A stretch of DNA of 62,865 nucleotides, the filler included, from Lenisia limosa (Eukaryota > Protista > Breviatea), in NCBI GenBank assembly GCA_001655205.1. It is 8 parts of 8 records of this genome, joined end to end, with 100 filler letters (N's around TTAATTAATTAA, not from the genome) between each part and the next. Parts side by side here need not be neighbours in the genome. Positions count along the whole stretch, not along the records: positions 48,937 to 55,195 come from LPNZ01005711.1; positions 55,296 to 59,203 come from LPNZ01007038.1; positions 59,304 to 61,237 come from LPNZ01004045.1; positions 61,338 to 62,865 come from LPNZ01009297.1; 4 more parts are not named here. One strand, given 5' to 3'. Within the stretch, counting starts at the first letter, position 1. Every line of letters starts with the position of its first letter. Both the position numbers and the translations under genes were made by a program. The notes below the pieces were generated by a model. That model saw only the letters and a list, made by a program, of their open reading frames with translations, was not told the DNA's origin and ran no database searches. This document shows, piece after piece, positions 52,612-62,865 of the stretch.

Positions 52612-52704
52612 TAGGGCTTCACATCGGTTCAAAAAGACTGAATTTTCGATAAATCGTCGAAAACAATCGATATTTGGTCTGTTTCGAACCGAAGTGAAGC
52701 CCTA
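52612..52704. mobile_element. MITE-A, full length, inverted internal orientation
   Basis: TAGGGC...GCCCTA ends; flanks cgtaaaat and cgtacact (6 of 8 match). Confidence 0.9.
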
Positions 52705-53834
52705 CGTACACTTTAAAAAAATCTGAATAAAATACCACCACTCCTCTCAAAAAAACCCCTATCTTACCCCTCATTTGGCACAAGGAGGCTAGAGTGTTCG
52801 TTTACTCCCATCTAAATGGTTGGAGCTGCGATGGGGGGGAGGGGCTTTAATAAGAACAACTATGTTTGAAAAAAATGTTTGAAAATACAATGTTTGTGCG
52901 ATATTTTAAAATACGATGTTTGTGCGATGTTTGAAAATACGATGTTTGAAAGTGTGGCAGTTTAAGAAAATGTGATCTTTTCTGGAAATACAAAACAACC
53001 AATGTTTCGGTAAGAACAGCACTAGAATATAAAATGGTTGATAATTATTCATCCGACTATCTTGGCTAGAGGGCCACTTGTCAGATCTCTCAAAAACCAA
53101 AGGTGACAAATAAGTCTCGCCAGCAAAGGAATGAACCAATGAACCAACACAAAAAAGACAAAGATATAGCAATGAGAAATCAAAAATAAGGTTGTATCTG
53201 GCCGANNNNNNNNNNNNNNNNNNNNNNNNNNNNNNNNNNNNNNNNNNNNNNNNNNNNNTTCACCCAATCATTTGCCTTACAACTCTGTGAACAGAGCTTT
53301 AAAAACAGACTAATACTAATACAGACTCTTACGTAAAGCGAGTCACCCATAGGCCTACCCTCTCAATACCCTCTCATTCAAAATCTTCCCGGTGACAAAC
53401 CTTAATCGAAGAAAAGACAGCAGAAACGTGTTATTCGTCGAGGTTTGTATTCTCTTTCTGTCAAGCAAAGTGTTCCCTGGCTTCCTTCCTCCTTTCGCCG
53501 GATTATTGGAATATTAATGATAATAATAATGCTACTTTCTGCAAGAAAGGGCTCTGGAGGGGTGGTGCAGGTGGTGTCGCCAGTGCAGTATAAAGTTACA
53601 TTTGTAGCATTACTTACAGTTTTCTTGCTCTGACCAAAAAATGCTATCGTAACAACAGTTGTATAAATATTTATATTAGAGAGCACATTTACACCGGGTT
53701 AGCAGGGGGCTAAAGAGGTATTGGAGAAGAAACTTTTTGCTGACATCATCATTCGACCGACAGAAACGGCGTCTCCCCCATCTACCTCCCTTGAAAACAG
53801 TTGCTTAAGCTCGTTTAACGGGATTAAGACGGCA

Positions 53835-55125
53835 ATGACACCACTAGCCTTTGTCCTTGTGTCAGCTTTGCTTGTTGTCGCAATCACCGCTTCCGCGATC
53901 CCAGCTCACCAAGACGACAACAAGAAGGACTTGGTCGTGCTTCAACTGACGGACATCCATCTTGACCACAGCTACGAGGACCGCTGCCGTAACGCGAAGC
54001 ACAACGCTTTCGGGAGCAGCGGCTGTGATGCGCCTTGGATCTTGGTTAAAACTAGGTGAGCATTGAATCATTGAATCTTTTTTTTCTTTTTTTTTTCCTC
54101 CTTTTTTGCAGAAAAGTCTCTATTGAAACTAAGACCATACAGATCGGGCGGTTGAACTAGATATACAGAAACAACCCACAGAAAATCATGTACAGTGACC
54201 GCGAAGTCTTGATAATATTAACTAAAGATAAAGCTAAGTATCCGTGTCAGGACTTATCGCGGTCAGTGTATTTGGACATAATTTCTTAGCCAAAACAAGT
54301 TATGTGCTATGTGAATATTATGGGTCAATGTATGTATGTATACTGTATTGCGATATATCTTGTATGTATCTTACCAAACTAGATTTTATCAGATGAGAAA
54401 TAAATCAAGGTTGTATCTGGCGCCGGCCACACCATCAATCTTATAAGAGATATTGGATTATTATAATAGTATCATCATCTCTACATACGTGTATATATAT
54501 ATATATATATATCGTATATTACTGGCTATATATTACTTGTCAAATTCATGTGGATGATGCCTTGTCAAAATTAGGACTTGGATAGTGTTTTTATCAAATC
54601 AAGAGTAATAGTATATTACAGAGAATAAATTTTGGTCAAAACAAGGGAGCTTGCGGATATAATGACTGCTAAAATTAAGATTGCGATATAATATCCTGGT
54701 CAGAACGAGAGCGATTGATTTCGCTTGAATTAAGATATTTTTTCCATTTTAAGCCCATGGAGAAACAAAATAGCATAAAAACAAATTAACATGTTCTCGC
54801 ACCCACGCAGTACTTTAATCAATATCCCTTTAAAACGTGGTGAAGTTCCCCATCCTTGATCATTCGGTTCTTGATTAGTACCTTTTGTTCGTTTGGGGTT
54901 TCAGATAATTCGGTTATTGATTAGTACCTTTTGTTTGTTTGGGGTTTCAGATTATTCTGTTCGTGACTAGTACCTTTTGTTTGTTTGGGGTTTCAGATTA
55001 TTCGGTTCGTGATTAGTACCTTTACGCCCAAATTCTTCTTCAAAATTTCCTTCGTTTTACTCTCCCAGCCTTGACAAAATGAAAAAGGAGTTTCCCCACC
55101 CAGATGCTATCATGATGTTTGCGGG
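53835..55125 (+). CDS. Acid-sphingomyelinase-like (SMPDL3-type) metallophosphoesterase, first two exons
   Basis: Signal peptide, VLQLTDIHLDHSY, GSSGCDAPWILVKTS spliced to LDKMKKEFPHPDAIMMFAG across a 1-kb intron; truncated at the linker. Confidence 0.85.
54193..54268. mobile_element. Tc1/mariner-like MITE (76 bp)
   Basis: TA|CAGTGACCGCGAAGTCTTGA...TCAGGACTTATCGCGGTCAGTG|TA; fragments at about 48937-49010, 50552-50610, 52190-52245 and 60926-60987. Confidence 0.85.
54858..55068 (+). repeat. Repeat family C: about 3.6 tandem 46-bp units followed by the family end, which forms the 3' splice site
   Basis: Unit gattattcggttcgtgattagtaccttttgtttgtttggggtttca; end aaatttccttcgttttactctcccAG. Related copies at 48295-48395 (-), 49160-49196 (-) and 62466-62545 (+). 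Confidence 0.85.
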
Positions 55126-55295
55126 GTACCCTGAGGATTGAGGGGTGTGTGGGGAACTCTAGATTGTGGTTGGAGTTTCAGATATTCTTCATCAANNNNN
55201 NNNNNNNNNNNNNNNNNNNNNNNNNNNNNNNNNNNNNNNTTAATTAATTAANNNNNNNNNNNNNNNNNNNNNNNNNNNNNNNNNNNNNNNNNNNN

Positions 55296-55680
55296 TGACG
55301 GCTTCGACGATATGGGCTTTGGCGACTACGTCAGCCTCGATATCCCGGAACCAAAACCAGTATGTTACACGGTTGCTCCTTTTGCTCCCTCACAATGTAA
55401 TGCTCCTGACTTCCAGCCAATGATAGCACAAAAAGCCCCAAATGGTTGTTTTATTGACCCCCCCTCCAGGCTGTGTCCCACGCGGAACCGGATGTTCCCA
55501 TGGAGAAAAAGAAAGCTGGCAAGAAGAAGGTGGTGAGGAAGGTCATCAAGAGGAGAGTTGTCAAGAAGGTGAAAAAGGTGAGGGGTATTGAGCTGTACGC
55601 TTTAAACCATTGGTTTTCCTTTCCGATAGTGTTTGACTACTCTAGGACTGAGCAGTGACGAAAGCCCCCAGTCGTAAACT
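55296..55680 (+). CDS. 3' fragment of a gene with a basic C-terminal region
   Basis: DGFDDMGFGDYVSLDIPEPKP ... MEKKKAGKKKVVRKVIKRRVVKKVKK, with GT-AG introns. Confidence 0.45.
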
Positions 55681-58600
55681 CAAGATGTTGACTTTGTTTA
55701 AATGTTGTTATTGCACTAGCTTAGTAGATACAGTTTGATTCCATTACATAGTAACACATAAGTAACACACATATCATCAACGTAACAACAAGTTTTTGTT
55801 TTTTATTTGGGCTCTTTGACTTTCAACCTGATTGTTCTTGTTGGCAGTCTCATTGCACCATTGTACCATGATAAGAACAAGTTGAGTGGTGATCTTTTTG
55901 ATCAAAAAAAAATAATATAAAAAAAAAACCACATGGATACTACGATTACTACTATTTGGATTGTGTCTGTCGTAACCAAATTAACCGTTAAAGACAACAT
56001 CATAGATAGCATAGAAAACCCCACCAGTGGCAACTCTAACGCTGAGAGTCCAAAAGCCGTAGCTGTTTTACTTAGAGCAGGAATCTTTAGGTTTACTTAT
56101 CACATGATTCACTATTAGAAACGAGTTTTCAGAACTAAATCCACCATGAACGGGTATGTTAGTTAATCCAGTGTTTTACTGAGGGCTACAACCTCTCCTT
56201 CCCCTCTCTTGGCTTTTCTCTTTGAAACAGCGTTAACAAAGCCATTTAGGACGCTCGATCCCTGCGATGCGGAAGTCTCAGGCATCGACGACAGGGCGAG
56301 CAACACAGATGACCCCATGTCTGTGGCTGATCTTCAGCCCAGCGCGAGGCAGGCTAGGAATGCCTCCAGGAAAGACAAGCGGTCTTCGTAGGCGGGTATT
56401 GGCAATCTTAATGGCCTGGCTCCTCTACCTGATTCCCTGATTCCTTCCTTGTTTTACCACCTCACCCTCTTCTTCCCTTGTTACATCACCTCCAGGTCAG
56501 CCCTTGGTGCACCTTCAAGAAACTCGGGTATGATGGAGTTTAACGTGGTGGTGGTGTTATAATGATGGGGTTGTTTGTTGCCATCTGGAAGACTTGACAA
56601 ACCATAAAGCCAGGGAAATATACTTGCATCGAACTATTTACAAGTAGTACAAACAAAGAATAATCGTAGGTTTGGTGGGGAGTTAAAAAACTTCATAAAG
56701 GAGATGCTCACCAAGCTTCTGATTGAGTTAGTTACTTCTCTCAGAGAAGCCTCATATTTTGTGATCCATGTCCCCTGACCCCCCCCCCCCCCNNNNNNNN
56801 NNNNNNNNNNNNNNNNNNNNNNNNNNNNNNNNNNNNNNNNNNNNNNNNNNNNNNNNNNNNNNNNNNNNNNNNNNNTCGCGTAGCAGCATGCAATACGCGA
56901 CCGGCAATAGCTGGGGGGGACTGAAGGTAGGCTGATGCTCATTGTTTCCGAATATTGCTTGTTTCTTCCATTTTTAAGTTGAGAAGGGAATAGCGTGTAG
57001 CGCTATTTGACACCTTTTAGAGCACTGGCAACCCCGGACAGTCACATTTCATATCCAACAAGAAAGGCGAGATGGTTGCTACCCCCAGGTTTGTAGTTCG
57101 GTATTGTTCTTATGATATTTTGTGTTTTTTTTCATATCCTGTGTTTAATTAGCCATCTCTACGTATGAAATACCTAGTTCTACAATTATGCAAGCTTAAT
57201 TCCATTCCAACCCCCCAGAACCAAGGCGTATAGAGACACACGTGAAAACACCTGGACAAACTCCGTACCGTCGTCCGTCAAGATCCCCCAGTATAACCCC
57301 TTGTATGTTGGAATCGAGCCGACCAGACCTCTCCAGCTTTGCCTTTGTCACACTAATGATTGTGACAACAATAGTTCGATGCTATTCATGGCTATCACAG
57401 TGTCCTTGTTGATATTTGTTGAAGAAAGGAAGGAAAATAGTAACTCAGCTTTATACACAATGAGACAGTGTAATATGTGGGAGTCTTTTGTTTTAGGTGC
57501 CGAAAATCCTCACCACATACACCATATTCCTTGGGTTTTGAATTTCAATGGACCACAGTAGTCTTTTACCCCCCCCCCNNNNNNNNNNNNNNNNNNNNNN
57601 NNNNNNNNNNNNNNNNNNNNNNNNNNNNNNNNNNNNNNNNNNNNNNNNNNNNNNNNNNNNNNNNNNNNNNNNNCACACCTGCAGCAAGTTGGACTGGTGG
57701 GGGTGGATCATTTGTCTTTTGCAAGAAAGTAAACTTCCATGCCCCATTATCCTAATAATACTGGGTGCCTTTGAGTTAATCTTAATTCGTACCTTTATTC
57801 CTACCTCACCCCCAGGCCGACCCACAGGGAAACATAACCGACAATCCCCAGTCCAACGCCCAGCTCAACATTATGGAGCAAGAAATCCGGAGGGCTGAGA
57901 AGATGGCCGAGCAGCGAGTGAAGGATTATGAGCAGTCCATGGTGGGGGGGAGGGGTGCATTCTACGTGAAACATGGAGGGAGTTGAGTCTATTGCTCTTA
58001 GGTTGTTGACTTTTCGTTGGCCTGTTTTTTTTTTTTGCTTTCTTTCGGGTTTTGTTCTTGGGGCTCTGTGCAGTTAGTATAGACCTAGTTGCTTTGAAAG
58101 AATAAGCGGTACAAAAGCAAAGAATTGGAGCAAGCATGCTTGCAGAGGGCTTTGACTGATGTCCCAACCCGGCTTCAATCGGAGCTGTGGACATCTTGGC
58201 TGTGGAAACAGAATTCAATTGTGTCAATTGGGGTGGGGTGAATTCTGTCTACCCCCACATTACCACAAAAATAATAGGGCCAGCGCAGGCCTCGGAGACT
58301 GGAAGGGTGTCAACTTCCCAAGCTTCTCAATTGCTACGCCAAGCTCACTCAGATCAACAGACCTGATAATCTAGAGAAAGTTAGAGACGAAACAAAACAA
58401 GCAAACTTCTCCCTTGTGGCACTTGTTTAACTTGAATAACTCTTCAAGTCGGGTCACAGCCCTGAACAGCCGGTTGGCATTACAACTTTAGAACTCATAC
58501 TCCCCTGTCATAGTCCTGTTGATGGATGAACTCAAAGACGAGTCGTGCTATCCCCACAACCTCATTGGACAGGTTGCTGTGAGTAGTGGCAAAGAACTTG

Positions 58601-59389
58601 GTGGCATTATCGTCTCTACCTACCTGGATGACATACCTCAGCAGCGTTTCCTCATATTGGTGTCCTACATAGCTAGGAAATAAGATCAGATATCACATTT
58701 GTGAGCAACATTTACTCTTCTTCAAGTCAAAGATACGTATAATCATTCCTACTGTGGCAGACAGCCGCAGGTTCGGTTCTGCGTGACAGATGACAGTGCT
58801 AAATAAGGTTATATCTGATGGGTACTTTTGGCCCTTTCCCAGGCATACGGGTCATGTCGTTGGAGGGGTTGTGGGGGCGGATGGGGGTTTGAAGAAGTGT
58901 CATTTGATCTTAAGAATAGGTGAAGATGGATGAATTGCATCAATCTCATTCAACATGCCTCTTCGATGACTTTTTGGACCTTTTTAGCCCGAGGTGTGAA
59001 GTCCACAGTCTACAAAATGAGATAAACACCTGAAAGGACACAAAGTGTCCTAGCTGCACGGAGTCCTCTTTTCAATGTCTCTTATTAACAGGATGGTGTG
59101 GACGGCTTCGGCAAGATAGTCCCCTTTTATTTCTCATTTCTATAAGTCTAGCATGAATTTCATTTCCTGATTGTGACCACTTTGAAGGTATCAGAACTTA
59201 TTGNNNNNNNNNNNNNNNNNNNNNNNNNNNNNNNNNNNNNNNNNNNNTTAATTAATTAANNNNNNNNNNNNNNNNNNNNNNNNNNNNNNNNNNNNNNNNN
59301 NNNGGCCAGATACAACCTTATTATTTATTTGCTATATACCCTCCCTCTCCCCTTATATCACCCCTCTTTCACTTAGTAGGCCCGGTGGT

Positions 59390-61165
59390 ACTCTCGCGCC
59401 CGTATATGCACTTTGAAAACGACTATGTTGAAGAGTCAATTCTTGGTGAAGGTTTGCTCTGGTGCTTGGGAATTTAATGCGAGTTTTTAAAGATTTTTTC
59501 AATTTAACTGTGATTTTTTTTTTTGAATTTTTGAATTTATATATGATACTTTAAAAAACCTACAACAACAAAAACACTTCCCATTTCTTTTTGATAGGGT
59601 TGATAAGAGTAGGTATTTTGAGTTACCGGGCTATTGAAGAAAGACCAGGTCGATATTCTCACTCTTTATTTAGGGGGTTTTGGCACAGTCGTTGCAGCGC
59701 GAAACAAACTTGATGGGAAAGTATACGCAATCAAAAGGGTAGGTGTTTTTGTTTAGAGGGGTACTTTTATATGATTAATCCCCCCCCCCCCCNNNNNNNN
59801 NNNNNNNNNNNNNNNNNNNNNNNNNNNNNNNNNNNNNNNNNNNNNNNAGCCAACAGTGTTGATTTTGGGCTTTTGTTTAAATTACCTCCGATTTACTCCC
59901 CTCTCAGATTCCGTTCCAGTCTTTGGATCCTGAGGAGTTCGACAAGATCAAGAGGGAAGTGACTTATTTGGCCAACCTTGAACACCCGAACATCGTGCGT
60001 TACTATCATGTAGGAGGGGGGTTGAGTAGAGCTTCACTTCGGTTCGACAAAAAACTGTTCCGATGAATCCTCGAAAACTATCGATGTTTTACCGGTATGT
60101 TTCGAACCGAAGTGAAGCTCTAGTATAAAGCTACATGTCATCTGTGCATATAGTATATATACAGCAGTGTGATGGTGTGGACGGCTTCGACCAGATAGTA
60201 CCATGTTTTAGTTCTAATCTCTAGATTTAATCTGATAGTATAGTATTACATATGGCGTGGAGGCAATAATTCGCGGCTGTTCTCGGATTTTTTAACCAGT
60301 AGTAAAGCAGACATGTTAATTCACAATTAACCACCCAGAGCTGGGTGGAGTATACCTCGATCAAGCCCAAGACCGTTTTTTCGGCTGCCAAAAAATCCTC
60401 AGTGGGAGGGGGAGATATGGTAAATTATTTATGGGGGTTGGGGGCTAGGGCTTCACTTCGGTTCGACAAAGACCGGTAAAATATCGAGAGTTTTCGAGGA
60501 TTTATCGAGAAATTAGTCTCTTTTTCGAACCGAAGTGAAGCTGTACTTGGGGTAATAAATAGTAATACATTCTTGAGAGCGGAGGGGGACATTAGCGATG
60601 TTTAATCGGGTTTATGTGCATCGTGTGACAAAATTGTATTATTTTTTTTTTTCTTCTCTAGCTTACCTTGGACAGGGACATTTAGCTCTAAAACACAAGG
60701 CAGATTCCAATGACGTTTCATCCGAATCAGATGATGTGAGCTGGTCTGATAAAGTGGTGTATTAGGGCAGGACTACTTATAAATGACACAGGACTTCGAT
60801 AAGTCCTGACAAGTCTTCACTTCAGAAATGGGGTTTAATTCAGCACGAAATAATTCAAAAACCATCGAAATATATCGTTATTTCTATGTTGCCCATTTCT
60901 GCCATTTAATTAATTGTTTTAACATACACTGACCACGATAAGTCCCTACAAGGATGTTAATCTTTTATTAGTTAACCGTGTCAGTTCTAGGGATTCACTT
61001 CGATTCGAAAAAGGCTGAATTTCTCGATAAATCTTCGAAAACTATCGATATTTTACCGGTCCTTTTCTAACCGTAGAAAAGCCCTAATTAGCACTTATGT
61101 ACCCAGGACCCTTTCAAAAGAGCACACCAAGAAGCGTGTAGCGATTCTGAAGAATGGTGGGTTAT
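59390..61165 (+). CDS. eIF2-alpha kinase (GCN2/PERK/HRI family), partial kinase domain
   Basis: [36 protein letters not shown]...REVTYLANLEHPNIVRYYHSWVE followed by a kinase insert. Confidence 0.9.
60027..60122. mobile_element. MITE-A with a symmetric TIR variant TAGAGC...GCTCTA
   Basis: Perfect 21-bp TIR carrying the same substitution at both ends. Further copies at 60446-60545 and 60988-61086. Confidence 0.9.
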
Positions 61166-61649
61166 ACATCCTCTCGTCTTTGTTCCCCTTCTCTATCCAT
61201 TTATTTGCCCTGAAGTGATATTCTATCTTGACCCCCTNNNNNNNNNNNNNNNNNNNNNNNNNNNNNNNNNNNNNNNNNNNNTTAATTAATTAANNNNNNN
61301 NNNNNNNNNNNNNNNNNNNNNNNNNNNNNNNNNNNNNGGGTCAGTGGTAACTAGGATAGTTGAGTCTCATATTCAAGGCAAAGAGTTATCCGCAATAAAT
61401 ATTGATATACTATGACCAGAAAAGGGAGACGAAGCGTATTGTCAGAGTTTACTCCAACAGAGCCAAACATTAAAAGCAACCAACAACAGCACTCACGGAT
61501 AATGTGATGGCAAGGGTTTGGAGAGTTTTGTTGGCAGCCTGGTAGGCCCTAACGGTGTGGGCACCAGTCCAACGCATCTGGGGAGGGAAGGGCTGTCCGG
61601 ACACTGGGAAGGGAGTCAGGATGGACCTTAGAAACACACTAAACTGCCA

Positions 61650-62440
61650 CCCCCATCTAAGAGAATCCGATTTTGACCAAGCCCGGTACCGTCAACAAAA
61701 TCCCAGCTCACTTGCTTGGCGACAGAGCAGTCCGATTACACTTAAAACGCGACTGCCTACAAATGGTCAATATGACGCAGATTTCGAAGTCAAAATGAGT
61801 TTATTTGAGAAACATTAATAAAATGTTGTACCTGACGCAGCTTTTAGAGTTAAAGAGGCCCCCCAACATGAGAGAGACACGGGGCGAGGTGTGACAGCGT
61901 GTAACTGCGGCGACGCAAGGGATGGGGCAATGAGAAGATTGAAGAGCAAGCATGATACAGCTGAAAAGTGTATTAATAGGGACTAACAGGACCTTGTAAA
62001 TAAAGGTCGTGAAAAGAGGTGAAACAGTACGCATGGAAAGTCGTCTTGGGAAAACATTAGTGCAGTCCCCTCACCTTCCTCAGGGCTGCAGGACGGGAAC
62101 CTTGACTCGAACGCAACCACAGCCATGCGGCAAAGGAGGAATATCGAACTAAATGATCAGATGCGCCTAGCTTTCATGGTCCCACAAAAGAGGGACTTCT
62201 TCCAACATAATCTGAGAAATATGTCGATACTCACCTAGGCAGGCGTCGCATTGATGCTTGTAAGTCTTCAGCCAGCTGCTTCAGAATATTGCCAAGTGCC
62301 TGTGGCGTCACAAATAAGGTCCTGTTTCGGTTTTCAAATGAGATAAAAGAGGTTCAATTACTTCCTATAGAATCTCCACGTGTCTGATCTTCACCGCTCG
62401 GCTGATGATACATTTGACATGGCATCTCTTGCCTTTCACG
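61650..62440 (-). CDS. Exon fragments of an unknown gene
   Basis: TLFVTPQALGNILKQLAEDLQASMRRLPR and neighbouring spliceable segments; no family recognised. Confidence 0.35.
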
Positions 62441-62865
62441 AATATACACATTTTAGCCGACTTCAACGATTATTCGATTCGTGATTAGTACCTTTACGCC
62501 AATATTCTTCATCGAAATTTGCTTCGTTTTACCCCCCCCCCCCCCNNNNNNNNNNNNNNNNNNNNNNNNNNNNNNNNNNNNNNNNNNNNNNNNNNNNNNN
62601 NNNNNNNNNNNNNNNNNNNNNNNNNNNNNNNNNNNNNNNNNNNNNNNNNNNNNNGACACCGTGTCTGGGTGGGGGTTAGGGCAGATTTATGGAAGACGTA
62701 GAGGTGAGAAACACAAAAACAAGCTGGCATCGCCGCCCAAACCAGCCATGAAATACTAACCCAAAAGTCATCAGTTAGTAAAAATACCTGGAAATATAAG
62801 AGGGCTTTACACAATAAAACAAACAATTCCCATCACATCCTACCCTCCCCCCCCCCCACCCCGGG

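Noticed and set aside
51211-52704. tRNA genes or tRNA-derived SINEs suggested by GGTTCGA
   Set aside because: The motif lies in the MITE TIR, lacks the B-box C and has no cloverleaf. GTTCGAATC at about 24813 also lacks a T-stem.
54858-55023. CRISPR array (also considered for 29705-29910)
   Set aside because: Units are head-to-tail with no unique spacers, in a eukaryotic intron or intergenic context, with no cas genes.
58440-58510. Further possible TG acceptor in the unknown minus-strand gene
   Set aside because: No homologous protein fixes the reading frame, so the junction cannot be supported.
1-62865. Reassigned genetic code (TAA/TAG as Gln, or context-dependent stops)
   Set aside because: RPS7, CETN3, TMED2, BBS2, RSL24D1 and UTP25 end at TAA or TAG at the expected lengths, and the conserved exons I traced contain no in-frame stops. 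The few internal stops fit introns, decay or error.

Overview
This is intron-rich eukaryotic DNA, most likely from a flagellated, phagotrophic protist (BBS2, centrin-3 and an ELMO-like gene are present); the species cannot be named from the sequence. The window is not contiguous: seven N-flanked TTAATTAATTAA six-frame-stop linkers join at least eight separate contigs. Genes reconstructed by hand-splicing: a TPR/IQ protein, RPS7, CETN3, TMED2, BBS2, an RPEL-repeat protein, an RI-type LRR protein, FCF1, SAMHD1-like dNTPase, ELMO-like protein, RSL24D1, an alpha/beta hydrolase, UTP25, ERMP1-like M28 peptidase, SMPDL3-like phosphodiesterase, an eIF2-alpha kinase and several unknowns. No rRNA, tRNA or CRISPR was found. 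Best novelty candidate: FCF1 and SAMHD1 carry 22-24 nt introns, and four of them (possibly five) restore the conserved protein best if they end in TG rather than AG, sharing a TAATTTG/TAATGTG 3' end. The short contigs also hold four small repeat families: a hAT-like MITE with 8-bp TSDs, a Tc1/mariner-like MITE, an unclassified palindrome-bearing repeat, and a repeat whose end forms the 3' splice site in unrelated genes (introner-like candidate). All gene identities come from my recall of family motifs, not from database searches.
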